64,000 bases of DNA from Escherichia phage MET-P1-301. Positions 1-8,014 of this stretch are shown piece after piece. Made by a program: the position numbers and the translations under genes. The stretch is from the sequence record PV700625; one strand, given 5' to 3'. The stretch's first letter is position 1. Each line of letters begins with the position of its first letter. The notes below the pieces were generated by a model. The model had not been told where the DNA came from. It saw only the letters and a list, made by a program, of their open reading frames with translations, and made no database searches.

Positions 1-980
1 GTTCCCTTACCATCCCTTTGCAAAATTTTAAAATATCCTTAACAATCTCTTAACAGTTCTCACATCTTCTTAACAACTCTTCAAAGGTCTTAACAGTTTC
101 TTAACAGAACTGACAAGGATGTAACAGTTTTCTAACAAGATTTGATAGGGCTTTACAGAATCTTAACAGATGACTAACAAGAGCTAACAAGTTAATTTTA
201 AAGAGTTATTTTGTTAAGATAATTAACAAGTTCCTAACAAGTGTTTAATCTTTTTAACAAACTATTAACATGGTCACTATCTCTTTCTTATCGTTCCCTT
301 TCTCTCTTAGTGATTCCTTAAACATACCTCTTAAAAGCTCTCTATAGCCCCTTATAAGCTCTTTTAAGCCTCTTCCTAGTAGTTACACCCCAACTATACA
401 GACACCTCTTTATAGAGCTTTACAGGAGCTTTTAAGGCTATGTCAAAGGTTCTTACAAGGCTTTTACGTGGTCTTAACAGAGATTTAACAAGGGGCTAAC
501 AAGTCTCTAACAAGCATAACTATGTAGGGTTTGTTAAGAAATTGTTAAGAAAATGTTAAGGGGCTAGCATTTACGTAACTTTTAAGCTATCTATCACGTA
601 ACTTTATAGCCTCTTTTATGTAACTTTGAAGTGACTTCATAGCCCCCTTTTAGTAGTTCACAAGAATACTAACGAGATGATAAAGCTTACACCCTTATAA
701 GATTCTTTTAAGGCTCTAGGAAGCTCTATAAAGGGCTTTTTAGAGTGGGTTAATATGATTGCTTAAGTTAGGTTGATAAGGCTGTTATAGAGCTTTATAG
801 AGCGTTTTAATGGTTGCCCTTCCCTTTCGGGTTATGGGCTTATATTTAAGTTGATTTGATAAGAGGTTATAGAGTAGACTATAGAGTTATTGCTTTTTAA
901 GGTACGAGATAGATTCTATCGAATTAGTGGGATAGCTTCTAGAAAGGAAAGGGAAAGGGATTGTATAAGGATTCGATAGA
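1..980. repeat. Non-coding region with phased arrays of short repeats; candidate origin / terminal / regulator-binding region
   Basis: No ORF of 60 aa or more. TTAACA[AG]/CTAACAAG occurs more than 15 times in 40-290 and again in 470-520, mostly at 11-12 bp spacing; inverted TGTTAAG x3 at 530-560; GTAACTTT x3 at 580-630; TATAGAG pairs at 780-890. Confidence 0.5.
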
Positions 981-1034
981 CGTAAAAAGCCCCATTTAAG
1001 GGGCTGTAAGGTATCTGGGGCTATTTAGCCCCGC
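981..1034 (-). terminator. Tandem GC hairpins ending the leftward early transcript
   Basis: GGGGCtatttaGCCCC (1017-1032) and AGCCCCatttaaGGGGCT (988-1005); on the minus strand the second is followed by a TTTT run. Lies just downstream of the last leftward ORF. Confidence 0.5.
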
Positions 1035-1042
1035 TGCGTCGA

Positions 1043-1291
1043 TTAGTTGTACCCTTGTTTGCTGTAGTACAGGGAGACAATCAAATCACCCCAATAATGG
1101 TAATGATGTTCATCGTTTAACGCCTCTTTTACTGCATCTTTCCAGAAGTCATCAGTAGGGTTATAATCTGGGATAACTTGCTTGATAACTGTCTTCACTA
1201 ATGAAAAGCATTCATCAGTTCCACCAATATCAAATTTAACGTCCAGAGTGTAGCAGCCATAAGCATTAACAGTAGCGCGGATAGTAGCCAT
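1043..1291 (-). CDS. hypothetical early protein (82 aa)
   Basis: ORF preceded by family-A leader cassette and GGAGA Shine-Dalgarno. Confidence 0.5.
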   Translation of the reverse strand: MATIRATVNAYGCYTLDVKFDIGGTDECFSLVKTVIKQVIPDYNPTDDFWKDAVKEALNDEHHYHYWGDLIVSLYYSKQGYN

Positions 1292-1365
1292 TTTTGAATC
1301 TCCTAGTTTAAGGTATTTATCTAGTGGGAGGTTATTACCTCCCGTTGATTAGTAATTTACTGCAT
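1292..1365 (-). promoter_or_regulatory. Early-gene leader cassette, family A
   Basis: Conserved ~75 nt directly 5' of the ATG: GGGAGG/CCTCCC-type hairpin, then ACTAAATAAAGTCCTTAAACTAGGAGATTC-AAAATG. Confidence 0.55.
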
Positions 1366-1619
1366 GTTGGCGTATGTTGCAAGCCTTTTTCGTTGTATTT
1401 TGTAAGAATCTCACAAGATAAAACATCATATTTTTTAATCGCGTTACCTTTTTCGAGGTCAAAGAATCCGAACGCTTTACCGTCTTTGAATCCGACAACC
1501 TCGTAAGACTCTTTGATGATTTCACCATTGAACAAATCACTTTCGATACGATGGAATAGTGCTACATCCTCTTTGTCGGTTGCAATTTGTAAAAGTGTGG
1601 TCAGTTCGACGTGTTCCAT
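1335..1619 (-). CDS. hypothetical early protein (94 aa)
   Basis: ORF with family-A leader upstream; its C-terminus reads through the hairpin of the next cassette. Confidence 0.5.
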   Translation of the reverse strand: MEHVELTTLLQIATDKEDVALFHRIESDLFNGEIIKESYEVVGFKDGKAFGFFDLEKGNAIKKYDVLSCEILTKYNEKGLQHTPTCSKLLINGR

Positions 1620-1692
1620 TTTGAATCTCCAGTTTAGGATTTTATTTAGTGGGGAAGGTCATTCCCTCCCCGTTGATTGACAATTTACAGAT
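1620..1692 (-). promoter_or_regulatory. Early-gene leader cassette, family A
   Basis: GGGGAAGGtcattCCCTCCCC hairpin plus conserved SD-ATG context. Confidence 0.55.
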
Positions 1693-2215
1693 TTTTGATT
1701 GTCTCGTCAATATCTTTTTCAATATCTTTTAAAGTTTTTTCTAAGTTCTTGATATTGAAAGTTAAACCTTCACCGAGCGTTTTATAGTGACCATTAGGTC
1801 TATGGTCATAGAGTTCGATTTCTTCCACATCGGATAAGTTTACCATCTCACCATTTGCAGCATAGGCTATTGACACAGTATTTTCAGGTGCGTCGTAAAA
1901 CTTATTCAGTGACTTGATAGCACGTTCATAAGCCATTTTATAACCATTTAAAAGGTTTTTAACGTGATTGTGAACGTTTTTACAATCATCTAAGTAAAGA
2001 CCTAAAAACATCGGGAGAAGTTCCGCGACAGCTTGCATAAAGTGAGAGACTACAACGGTGGAAACATTACGACGATGGACGTAATAAGCCCCGTTTTCTG
2101 ATTTGGTAATGGTTGCAAAGTGTACACCATTGCAACGAAATTCATAGGTATCTTTAACAGGCTTAGACATTACAGCATTTGAACGAATGAAGTTGATAGC
2201 TTGAAATTTGTTCAT
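1685..2215 (-). CDS. hypothetical early protein (176 aa)
   Basis: Long ORF with family-A leader upstream. Confidence 0.55.
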   Translation of the reverse strand: MNKFQAINFIRSNAVMSKPVKDTYEFRCNGVHFATITKSENGAYYVHRRNVSTVVVSHFMQAVAELLPMFLGLYLDDCKNVHNHVKNLLNGYKMAYERAIKSLNKFYDAPENTVSIAYAANGEMVNLSDVEEIELYDHRPNGHYKTLGEGLTFNIKNLEKTLKDIEKDIDETIKNL

Positions 2216-2290
2216 TTTAGAATCTCCAGTTTAGGACTTTATTTAGTGGGAGGTTATTGCCTTCCCGTTGATTAGTAATTTACTTGTTTT
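2216..2290 (-). promoter_or_regulatory. Early-gene leader cassette, family A
   Basis: GGGAGGttattgCCTTCCC hairpin plus conserved SD context. Confidence 0.55.
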
Positions 2291-2433
2291 GATAGCTGAT
2301 TGCAAGCAATTTTTTAAGTTTATCTATAAAGAATCTTTTAAGTTAATCCCTTTTAGATAAACCCCTCGAACAAAGTTACCAATGTCAAGGGGAGTTGTCA
2401 ACACTTTTTTAAAAGTTTTTTGTAAGTTGTTGA

Positions 2434-2779
2434 TTAACTGATGAATATTTTTTCAGGTTTTACATAGCTGATACGCTGGCTTTTTAGCAGGTCATCCCAG
2501 ATTAGCGCGGCAATATGAGAATAGCCGGATTCACGTAAAATCTTCATTGTTTTACTTCTCGTTTCAAAACGGCTTGCGTAGTATTCACTGTTCAAGGTAG
2601 TTTTATTCCCTTCGTTATCTGTATGGATGATTTGCATTACCTGAAAGGGCTTACATCCTCGCCTTTGTTCCACTGCTCAAAGTATTTTAGGCACTGCATA
2701 GGCGACATCTTATCACTGACTTGAGTTGACCAAGATGAATCTTCTTTATTGGTAATTACAGTTACATAAGCCATTTTAG
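2434..2779 (-). CDS. hypothetical early protein, interrupted by an apparent frameshift near 2670
   Basis: ATG at 2779 sits directly behind a leader cassette; that 45-aa frame merges into the 79-aa ORF 2434-2673 after a one-base shift at an AAA run. Confidence 0.4.
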
Positions 2780-2853
2780 AATCTCCTAGTTTAAGGACTT
2801 TATTTAGTGGGGAAGGTCATTCCCTCCCCGTTGATTAGTAATTTACAGACTTT
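2780..2853 (-). promoter_or_regulatory. Early-gene leader cassette, family A
   Basis: GGGGAAGGtcattCCCTCCCC hairpin plus SD context, same as the copy at 1620. Confidence 0.55.
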
Positions 2854-2855
2854 TA

Positions 2856-3098
2856 TCAGGCTTGTCTAGTCTTTTCAATGATAATTTCATATTGACCATC
2901 GACGCTATCAAAATAAATGCCGTCGCTATCTTCTGTCTTAAAGTAACATTGTATATCATCACTGGCGGGATAGTCTTGTCTTGCTATCTGGCAAACTTGA
3001 ATAGCATTTTCTTTACTCCCTGTAAACTCCTCAAGCCCTTTAAAATCGCATGAATGACCGTTACAAATAGAAAGGATGAGATAAATGGTTGTCAACAT
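2856..3098 (-). CDS. hypothetical small Cys-containing protein (80 aa)
   Basis: ORF with hydrophobic N-terminus; no leader cassette, sits 68 nt downstream of the previous gene. Confidence 0.4.
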   Translation of the reverse strand: MLTTIYLILSICNGHSCDFKGLEEFTGSKENAIQVCQIARQDYPASDDIQCYFKTEDSDGIYFDSVDGQYEIIIEKTRQA

Positions 3099-3166
3099 GA
3101 TTTAAGCCTTCTAAATGGCCCTGTACGGGCCTTAAGTTGGAAGTTGGTGTCTTTGTACTGATTAGC

Positions 3167-3724
3167 CTAAAAGTCTTTTAAATTGCGTTCTGTGAGGTTT
3201 GCCGTGATTTTATCCAGTAGGTCACAATACACAGAGCAATCCCCGCTATTCTGCACAATTTTCGCCATACTTAACAAATCTTCGTCAATATCTCCTAAAT
3301 TACGGTTAGTTGTATCAGGTACAAAGAAAGGCGCATATATTGCACTAAATTTCGTCGAGTGAAGGCCAACAATCCAATCCTTATCAAAGTATCCGGTAAA
3401 ACTGGCGATATCACTCATGTTGTCACAAGAATAATCGTCTTCTAGCTCTTCCTCTGGGATATCCATTTCAATGACAATCACGTCCTGCGTTTCCATTTGG
3501 AAAGCTGCCGTAATAAGTCCAGACTCTAAAGCGTTTTGAATGCAGCGTTCACGGATGTAAGAATCTTCCTCATCTTCCAGACATTCCGTTTTGATAACCT
3601 TGTTCATTGGGTAAACGTAGAAACAATCGTCCATGTAGGAGCAGTTCCAGATTCCTTCCGGCTTGTCGCCACCATTCAGCAGGTTTACAAAGTTTTTGAG
3701 GGTAGTCCCGTGATAGCATTTCAT
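3167..3724 (-). CDS. hypothetical early protein (185 aa), acidic
   Basis: ORF preceded by family-B leader cassette. Confidence 0.5.
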   Translation of the reverse strand: MKCYHGTTLKNFVNLLNGGDKPEGIWNCSYMDDCFYVYPMNKVIKTECLEDEEDSYIRERCIQNALESGLITAAFQMETQDVIVIEMDIPEEELEDDYSCDNMSDIASFTGYFDKDWIVGLHSTKFSAIYAPFFVPDTTNRNLGDIDEDLLSMAKIVQNSGDCSVYCDLLDKITANLTERNLKDF

Positions 3725-3810
3725 TTTTGAATCTCCAGTTTAGGATTTAGTGGTAAAGCTCTTTATCTGGGGCTTACTTTATCGAACTATAAGCCCCTTG
3801 TAAAGTACTT
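3725..3810 (-). promoter_or_regulatory. Early-gene leader cassette, family B
   Basis: Perfect hairpin GGGGCTTA-13 nt-TAAGCCCC, then AGATAAAGAGCTTTACCACTAAATCCTAAACTGGAGATTCAAAAATG. Confidence 0.55.
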
Positions 3811-4012
3811 TAACGATTATTTTTGACAACTTTTAAAACTGCAAGATAACCTAAGCAATAAGAATCACCGAAGAGAGTTCTACCCATGAAAGAATCCTCT
3901 TTGATATCCTTTGCAGTGACAGTTTTTTCTACGCCGTGGGAAAGGACTACATCCCCAACTTTGATGTCTTTGATGTGTGTTGTTTCAATGGTTAAGCCGT
4001 TAATATTAGCCA
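3810..4012 (-). CDS. hypothetical early protein (start refined to the ATG at 4012, 67 aa)
   Basis: The conserved leader/SD places the start at 4012; the longer track ORF to 4058 would read through the leader cassette. Confidence 0.45.
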
Positions 4013-4088
4013 TTTTAGAATCTCCTAGTTTAAGGATTTTACTTAGTGGGAAGGTCATTCCCTCCCCGTTGATGAGTAATTTAATCTA
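4013..4088 (-). promoter_or_regulatory. Early-gene leader cassette, family A
   Basis: GGGAAGGtcattCCCTCCCC hairpin plus SD context. Confidence 0.55.
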
Positions 4089-4163
4089 TCTAGAAATCAG
4101 TGTCAACAGTTTTTTAGAGTTCTGCGTAAATTGCGTCACAAATATCACGAAAATCATGATTTG

Positions 4164-4516
4164 TTAAATTACGTTGCAACCATGTTGCAAAAAGTCAGCA
4201 ATTGCAAAATTTGCGTCATACTCGACAGATAGCCACACTTTCACGGCAAAACGAAACATTTTTAAATCAAGCTCTTTATTCATTACCTTTGATTTGCCTA
4301 ACATGTCAGCCATTTCATATTGTGCACCGTCTAGCGTGATACCTGCTGCAACGTCAGCCAATGAGTTTTTACACTTTCAACGTCTAAGATAACACTTTGA
4401 ATCTTCCCGATAATATTGTGCAATGTCTCATCAGGTGCTGATGATGTAATAACATTAATCCGGTTAACGGTTAAACGTGCTTTTAAGATTGATAACTCAC
4501 GGTTATTAATAGTCAT
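4164..4516 (-). CDS. hypothetical early protein, two overlapping ORFs probably joined by a frameshift near 4340
   Basis: Track ORFs 4331-4516 and 4164-4361 overlap in different frames; family-B leader sits upstream of 4516. Confidence 0.35.
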
Positions 4517-4600
4517 TTTAGAATCTCCAATTTAGGATTTAGTGGTAAAGCTCTTTATCTGGGGCTTACTTTATCGAACTATAAGCCCCTTGTAAAGTAC
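4517..4600 (-). promoter_or_regulatory. Early-gene leader cassette, family B
   Basis: GGGGCTTA...TAAGCCCC hairpin plus SD context. Confidence 0.55.
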
Positions 4601-4629
4601 TTTATACTAAATGCAGCTTTTACCTTTTA

Positions 4630-4872
4630 CTATGATGTAACTTGCTGCGCTATTGCCGCATACATCTTGATAAATTCTGCGCAAACGGCCTTCGTAGTGG
4701 ACTTTCCAGCTAGTTGGAATCTTTTTCCCGTATCCGGTAGCAGTTTTTGGAGTCCTGCTACTTGCCAATCTAAGATATGTTGCTCAGCTTGTAAATCTTC
4801 AAAGTGCATCACACCATCAACATAGTGACGTAGAGTGACATTTAAAGTACGACCGTTGTTAGTAGTATACAT
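4630..4872 (-). CDS. hypothetical early protein (80 aa)
   Basis: ORF preceded only by the SD part of the cassette (catttttgaatctcctagtttaagg). Confidence 0.45.
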   Translation of the reverse strand: MYTTNNGRTLNVTLRHYVDGVMHFEDLQAEQHILDWQVAGLQKLLPDTGKRFQLAGKSTTKAVCAEFIKMYAAIAQQVTS

Positions 4873-4895
4873 TTTTGAATCTCCTAGTTTAAGGC

Positions 4896-5054
4896 TTATT
4901 TTGACAGTTCACTAATTAAGACATCAAAGATTATATCATTATCTGCTACAGTTGCAACACCAGTGATATAATCAATTTCTAAGATAACAACAACTTTCGT
5001 ACATAAACCGTCATCTATATCATTCCAGACAACTTTATCACCTGCACAAAACAT
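4896..5054 (-). CDS. hypothetical small protein (52 aa, MFCAGDKVVWNDIDDG...)
   Basis: Hand-translated ORF below the 60-aa track cutoff, directly behind a family-A leader at 5055-5132. Confidence 0.4.
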   Translation of the reverse strand: MFCAGDKVVWNDIDDGLCTKVVVILEIDYITGVATVADNDIIFDVLISELSK

Positions 5055-5132
5055 TTTTTGAGTCTCCTAGTTTAAGGACTTTATTTAGTAGGGAGGTTAT
5101 TGCCTCCCCGTTGATGTGTAATTTAATCTATC
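5055..5132 (-). promoter_or_regulatory. Early-gene leader cassette, family A
   Basis: GGGAGGttattgCCTCCCC hairpin plus SD context. Confidence 0.55.
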
Positions 5133-5144
5133 TAAAAATCAGTG

Positions 5145-5477
5145 TCAACAGTTTTGTTTTCGTTTGCTCAATTCTTGAACAATTACAGCGTAGTAGTCTT
5201 TTAAGTCACTGATATTTAAAGCATTTATCAGAGAATTATAATCATCGACTAACTGGAAATCATCCTTGAAGATGTCACTTATCTGATAGGTTTTCGCTTT
5301 GAATCTGAAGCTCATCTCTAGCCGCTTTATTTGCTCATCACTGAGACGCCCTAGAAAGCTCTCTACAAGGTTATTGCTAACCTGCTGTGTGATTGCCTTA
5401 TTTGCTAGATTATAGGCTTTATATGCCTTATATAGCGCGAAAATGGCAATGATTGCAGTGATACCAGTCATTAACAT
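5145..5477 (-). CDS. hypothetical membrane protein (110 aa)
   Basis: N-terminal hydrophobic helix (GITAIIAIFALY). Confidence 0.45.
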   Translation of the reverse strand: MLMTGITAIIAIFALYKAYKAYNLANKAITQQVSNNLVESFLGRLSDEQIKRLEMSFRFKAKTYQISDIFKDDFQLVDDYNSLINALNISDLKDYYAVIVQELSKRKQNC

Positions 5478-5550
5478 GGTGTTTCCTCTTTACGTGATAC
5501 TTTGCCATTTACAGTTATCTCATAAGATTCTAATAAATCGCTTTTAGACT

Positions 5551-5766
5551 TTACAGGGCTTTTAAAAGTATCATCATAAACATTGACTTGCAATACAGGT
5601 TTTTATACTCCCTGCAACTATTCCATAAGCAAATCACTACACGACGGCCTTTGATTTTTCCGTGTAACCATTCCATAACATCATGACTATTCCTTGATGT
5701 TTCAATAAAATCAATTTTGTTGAGTAACTTGCTTAGATTTTCACGGATTTTATTTGATAATTTCAT
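5551..5766 (-). CDS. hypothetical early protein
   Basis: ORF behind a family-B-like leader; C-terminus may be frameshifted. Confidence 0.35.
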   Translation of the reverse strand: MKLSNKIRENLSKLLNKIDFIETSRNSHDVMEWLHGKIKGRRVVICLWNSCREYKNLYCKSMFMMILLKAL

Positions 5767-5850
5767 TTTTGAATCTCCAGTTTAGGATTTAGTGGTAAAG
5801 CTCTTTATCTGGGGCTATCTTAACAGCTTGATAACCCCATGTAAAGAAAT
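5767..5850 (-). promoter_or_regulatory. Early-gene leader cassette, family B variant
   Basis: GGGGCTATC...GATAACCCCA hairpin variant plus the conserved downstream block. Confidence 0.5.
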
Positions 5851-5854
5851 CTAT

Positions 5855-6367
5855 TTAGTTCTTAAAGATATTCATCACTGAATCTTTTAATGATTCCAAG
5901 CGTTCTAACACTTCAGATTCTGCGTCTGCGTTGTTCACTTCCTCTTTTAACCTATCCTCTAAATCATCGCCGTCACTATAGCACCAGTCGAAAGCATAAC
6001 CAATATAAAAGCTATCTAAAACCGTGTTGCCATTTGCATCTACAACTTTCGCGGCAATGTTATACTCTGAAGCCTCTAAATCTCTTTCTAGTTCTTTTTG
6101 TAAGCTTGTATAAGCCTCTTTTGATGGATTTTCCCGGCCTTGTTTTGCGTAGTCACTTGAAAGCTGTTTAAGGCTGTAATGTAAAGGGATTGCATATTTA
6201 AATTCATTATGCTGGCAGTTAGGATTTTTAACAGTCACACCGCCTTGATGGTCATCTGTAAATTCCCAATTATCAAGATTATGGCTTGCTTCAAAGCAAT
6301 TAACAGCTTCATAGATAATAGTGAATTTTTCTTTTACAACTTCAAAGGTAGCGTCTACAGTTTTCAT
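5855..6367 (-). CDS. hypothetical early protein (170 aa)
   Basis: ORF with family-B leader upstream. Confidence 0.5.
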   Translation of the reverse strand: MKTVDATFEVVKEKFTIIYEAVNCFEASHNLDNWEFTDDHQGGVTVKNPNCQHNEFKYAIPLHYSLKQLSSDYAKQGRENPSKEAYTSLQKELERDLEASEYNIAAKVVDANGNTVLDSFYIGYAFDWCYSDGDDLEDRLKEEVNNADAESEVLERLESLKDSVMNIFKN

Positions 6368-6450
6368 TTTTGAATCTCCAGTTTAGGATTGAGTAGTAAG
6401 TTCTTTATCTGGGGCTTAAGATATCAGCTTTTAAGCCCCTGTAAAGTACT
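6368..6450 (-). promoter_or_regulatory. Early-gene leader cassette, family B
   Basis: GGGGCTTAagatatcagcttTTAAGCCCC hairpin plus conserved block. Confidence 0.55.
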
Positions 6451-6453
6451 TTA

Positions 6454-6744
6454 TCAGTTAATTTTCAGTTTTGCATAGCCTCTCATTGTACGAATGGGGG
6501 ATGTTAAGGCTACGCGTCTAATATATGCCTTTTTCGTGTATACATTTGTCTTCCCGATAGTGTTTACACATGTAAAAAGGTTTATTGGTGAATTTTTTAA
6601 TTTCAACTGTCTATCAGTCTTCACGCCCCATCTTACATCAGATTGTTTTCCGTTGTCAACCACTTTCCCGCCTAACTTTTTCGCCATGATGCGAGCGTCA
6701 TCACGAGTTTTTGCAGGAACTACAACGTTTTTGATAATAGCCAT
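6454..6744 (-). CDS. hypothetical early protein (96 aa), basic
   Basis: ORF with family-B leader upstream. Confidence 0.5.
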   Translation of the reverse strand: MAIIKNVVVPAKTRDDARIMAKKLGGKVVDNGKQSDVRWGVKTDRQLKLKNSPINLFTCVNTIGKTNVYTKKAYIRRVALTSPIRTMRGYAKLKIN

Positions 6745-6830
6745 TTTTGAATCTCCAATTTAGGATTGAGTAGTAAAGCTCTTTATCTGGGGCTTACTTT
6801 ATCGAACTATAAGCCCCTTGTAAAGTACTT
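6745..6830 (-). promoter_or_regulatory. Early-gene leader cassette, family B
   Basis: Near-identical to the copy at 3725-3810. Confidence 0.55.
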
Positions 6831-6832
6831 TA

Positions 6833-7213
6833 TCAGTTAATTTTGAATATTGTCACATAACCATCACTACCAATTATTTGAGACGCTCCAGCTTTCTCCA
6901 CTGAATAGCCCATATTTTCAAGATGGTAAACAGCATCATCATAACCATATGCGCCACCTTGATAACGTCTCTTATTGCAGCTTATCAGGTTTTTACCACG
7001 TCCTGCCAGTGCATTCAGTACGGCTTTTTCACTTGATAACGTACCGTCTATCATTGTTGCCGTGTAATGGTTGATTTTATTCCCGTTGATATCATACTTG
7101 AAATTAAACGAGTGAACAATAATAACGTTACCTTTAAATTTTTCATCAAGTGCCTTCTCCAGTGCGTTGCGGAAGTTGTCTTTGTTGATGAATTTCGGTG
7201 CACGATAAGCCAT
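6833..7213 (-). CDS. hypothetical early protein (126 aa)
   Basis: ORF with family-B leader upstream. Confidence 0.5.
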   Translation of the reverse strand: MAYRAPKFINKDNFRNALEKALDEKFKGNVIIVHSFNFKYDINGNKINHYTATMIDGTLSSEKAVLNALAGRGKNLISCNKRRYQGGAYGYDDAVYHLENMGYSVEKAGASQIIGSDGYVTIFKIN

Positions 7214-7298
7214 TTTTGAATCTCCTAGTTTAAGGTTAATGTAGTAAAGCTCTTTATCTGGGGCTTAAGATATCAGCTTTTAAGCCCCTGTAAAGTAC
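7214..7298 (-). promoter_or_regulatory. Early-gene leader cassette, family B
   Basis: GGGGCTTAagatatcagcttTTAAGCCCC hairpin plus conserved block. Confidence 0.55.
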
Positions 7299-7301
7299 TT
7301 T

Positions 7302-7508
7302 TTATTTATCGTAGTAGTAAATTGCTGTCTGTCTTGTAAACTTCTTAGTGTTTCTTGTAAGGTAGCAATTAGAATTAATAGCCGTTTCTACATAGTTGCA
7401 ATAGTCGGCTTCTGATATTCTGGACCATACGCCACAGATTTTCATGTAAAAACGTTTTGCCTTTGTGTTAACGTTAGTTGTAACCATTAATTCACGATAG
7501 TAAGTCAT
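7302..7508 (-). CDS. hypothetical early protein (68 aa), first gene of the leftward early array
   Basis: ORF behind an SD-only cassette remnant (7509-7560). Confidence 0.45.
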   Translation of the reverse strand: MTYYRELMVTTNVNTKAKRFYMKICGVWSRISEADYCNYVETAINSNCYLTRNTKKFTRQTAIYYYDK

Positions 7509-7744
7509 TTTTGGATTCTCCAGTTTAGGAAGTGGGCTGGCTTGCCCGTCTGATGCAAATATTAGATAACCATACTCAAAGAGTCAATAGGAATTTTAAA
7601 AATATTTTTGCAAAAACTGTAATGAAACGGGCGCACGCGACTACCACAAAACAGAACTACAATCAAGAATTATTTTTCAATCCGCTACAAATTTTTCTGT
7701 TGACTTTTATTTCCAGATGTGGTAGCCTTGTGAGAAATGGCGAC

Positions 7745-7945
7745 ATTCCCACCTGCACCCACCTACCTGCACAATTCTAAAATGATTTTTCTTGCCCGAC
7801 CTGAGCGGGGTCTGCACGTTTTGAAAATGAAAAAGCTCTTTGGAGATTACCTGCACAATTTGAAAATGAATTTTCTCTTTGGAGTTCAAAATTTTCTCTA
7901 CAGATTTCTCTACAGAACTCTACCTGCACAATCCTAAAATAAAAA
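7745..7945. repeat. Three ~25-bp direct repeats (ACCTGCACAAT-NNN-AAAATGA) in a 500-bp non-coding gap; candidate early promoter / operator cluster
   Basis: Copies near 7757, 7848 and 7921; CTCTTTGGAG also duplicated. The gap separates the small-ORF array from the 8015-37323 block. Confidence 0.45.
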
Positions 7946-8014
7946 GCCCTCCTTACCTGAAAAATTTAACAGATAAGAAAGGCTTAGTCTATTGTGAATA
8001 TCCTATAGAGTTTC

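Noticed and set aside
1-980. CRISPR array
   Set aside because: Repeat units are only 7-8 bp, spacing is 11-12 bp without unique spacers of CRISPR length, and there are no cas genes.
3725-3810. tRNA or tRNA-like gene in family-B cassettes (contains GTTCGAT)
   Set aside because: The element is a single 8-bp stem with a 13-nt loop and no acceptor/D/anticodon arm arrangement. No other tRNA-like cloverleaf was found in the window.
3810-4058. Longer 82-aa version of the early ORF starting at 4058
   Set aside because: It would read through the conserved leader cassette; the ATG at 4012 has the same SD context as all other early genes.
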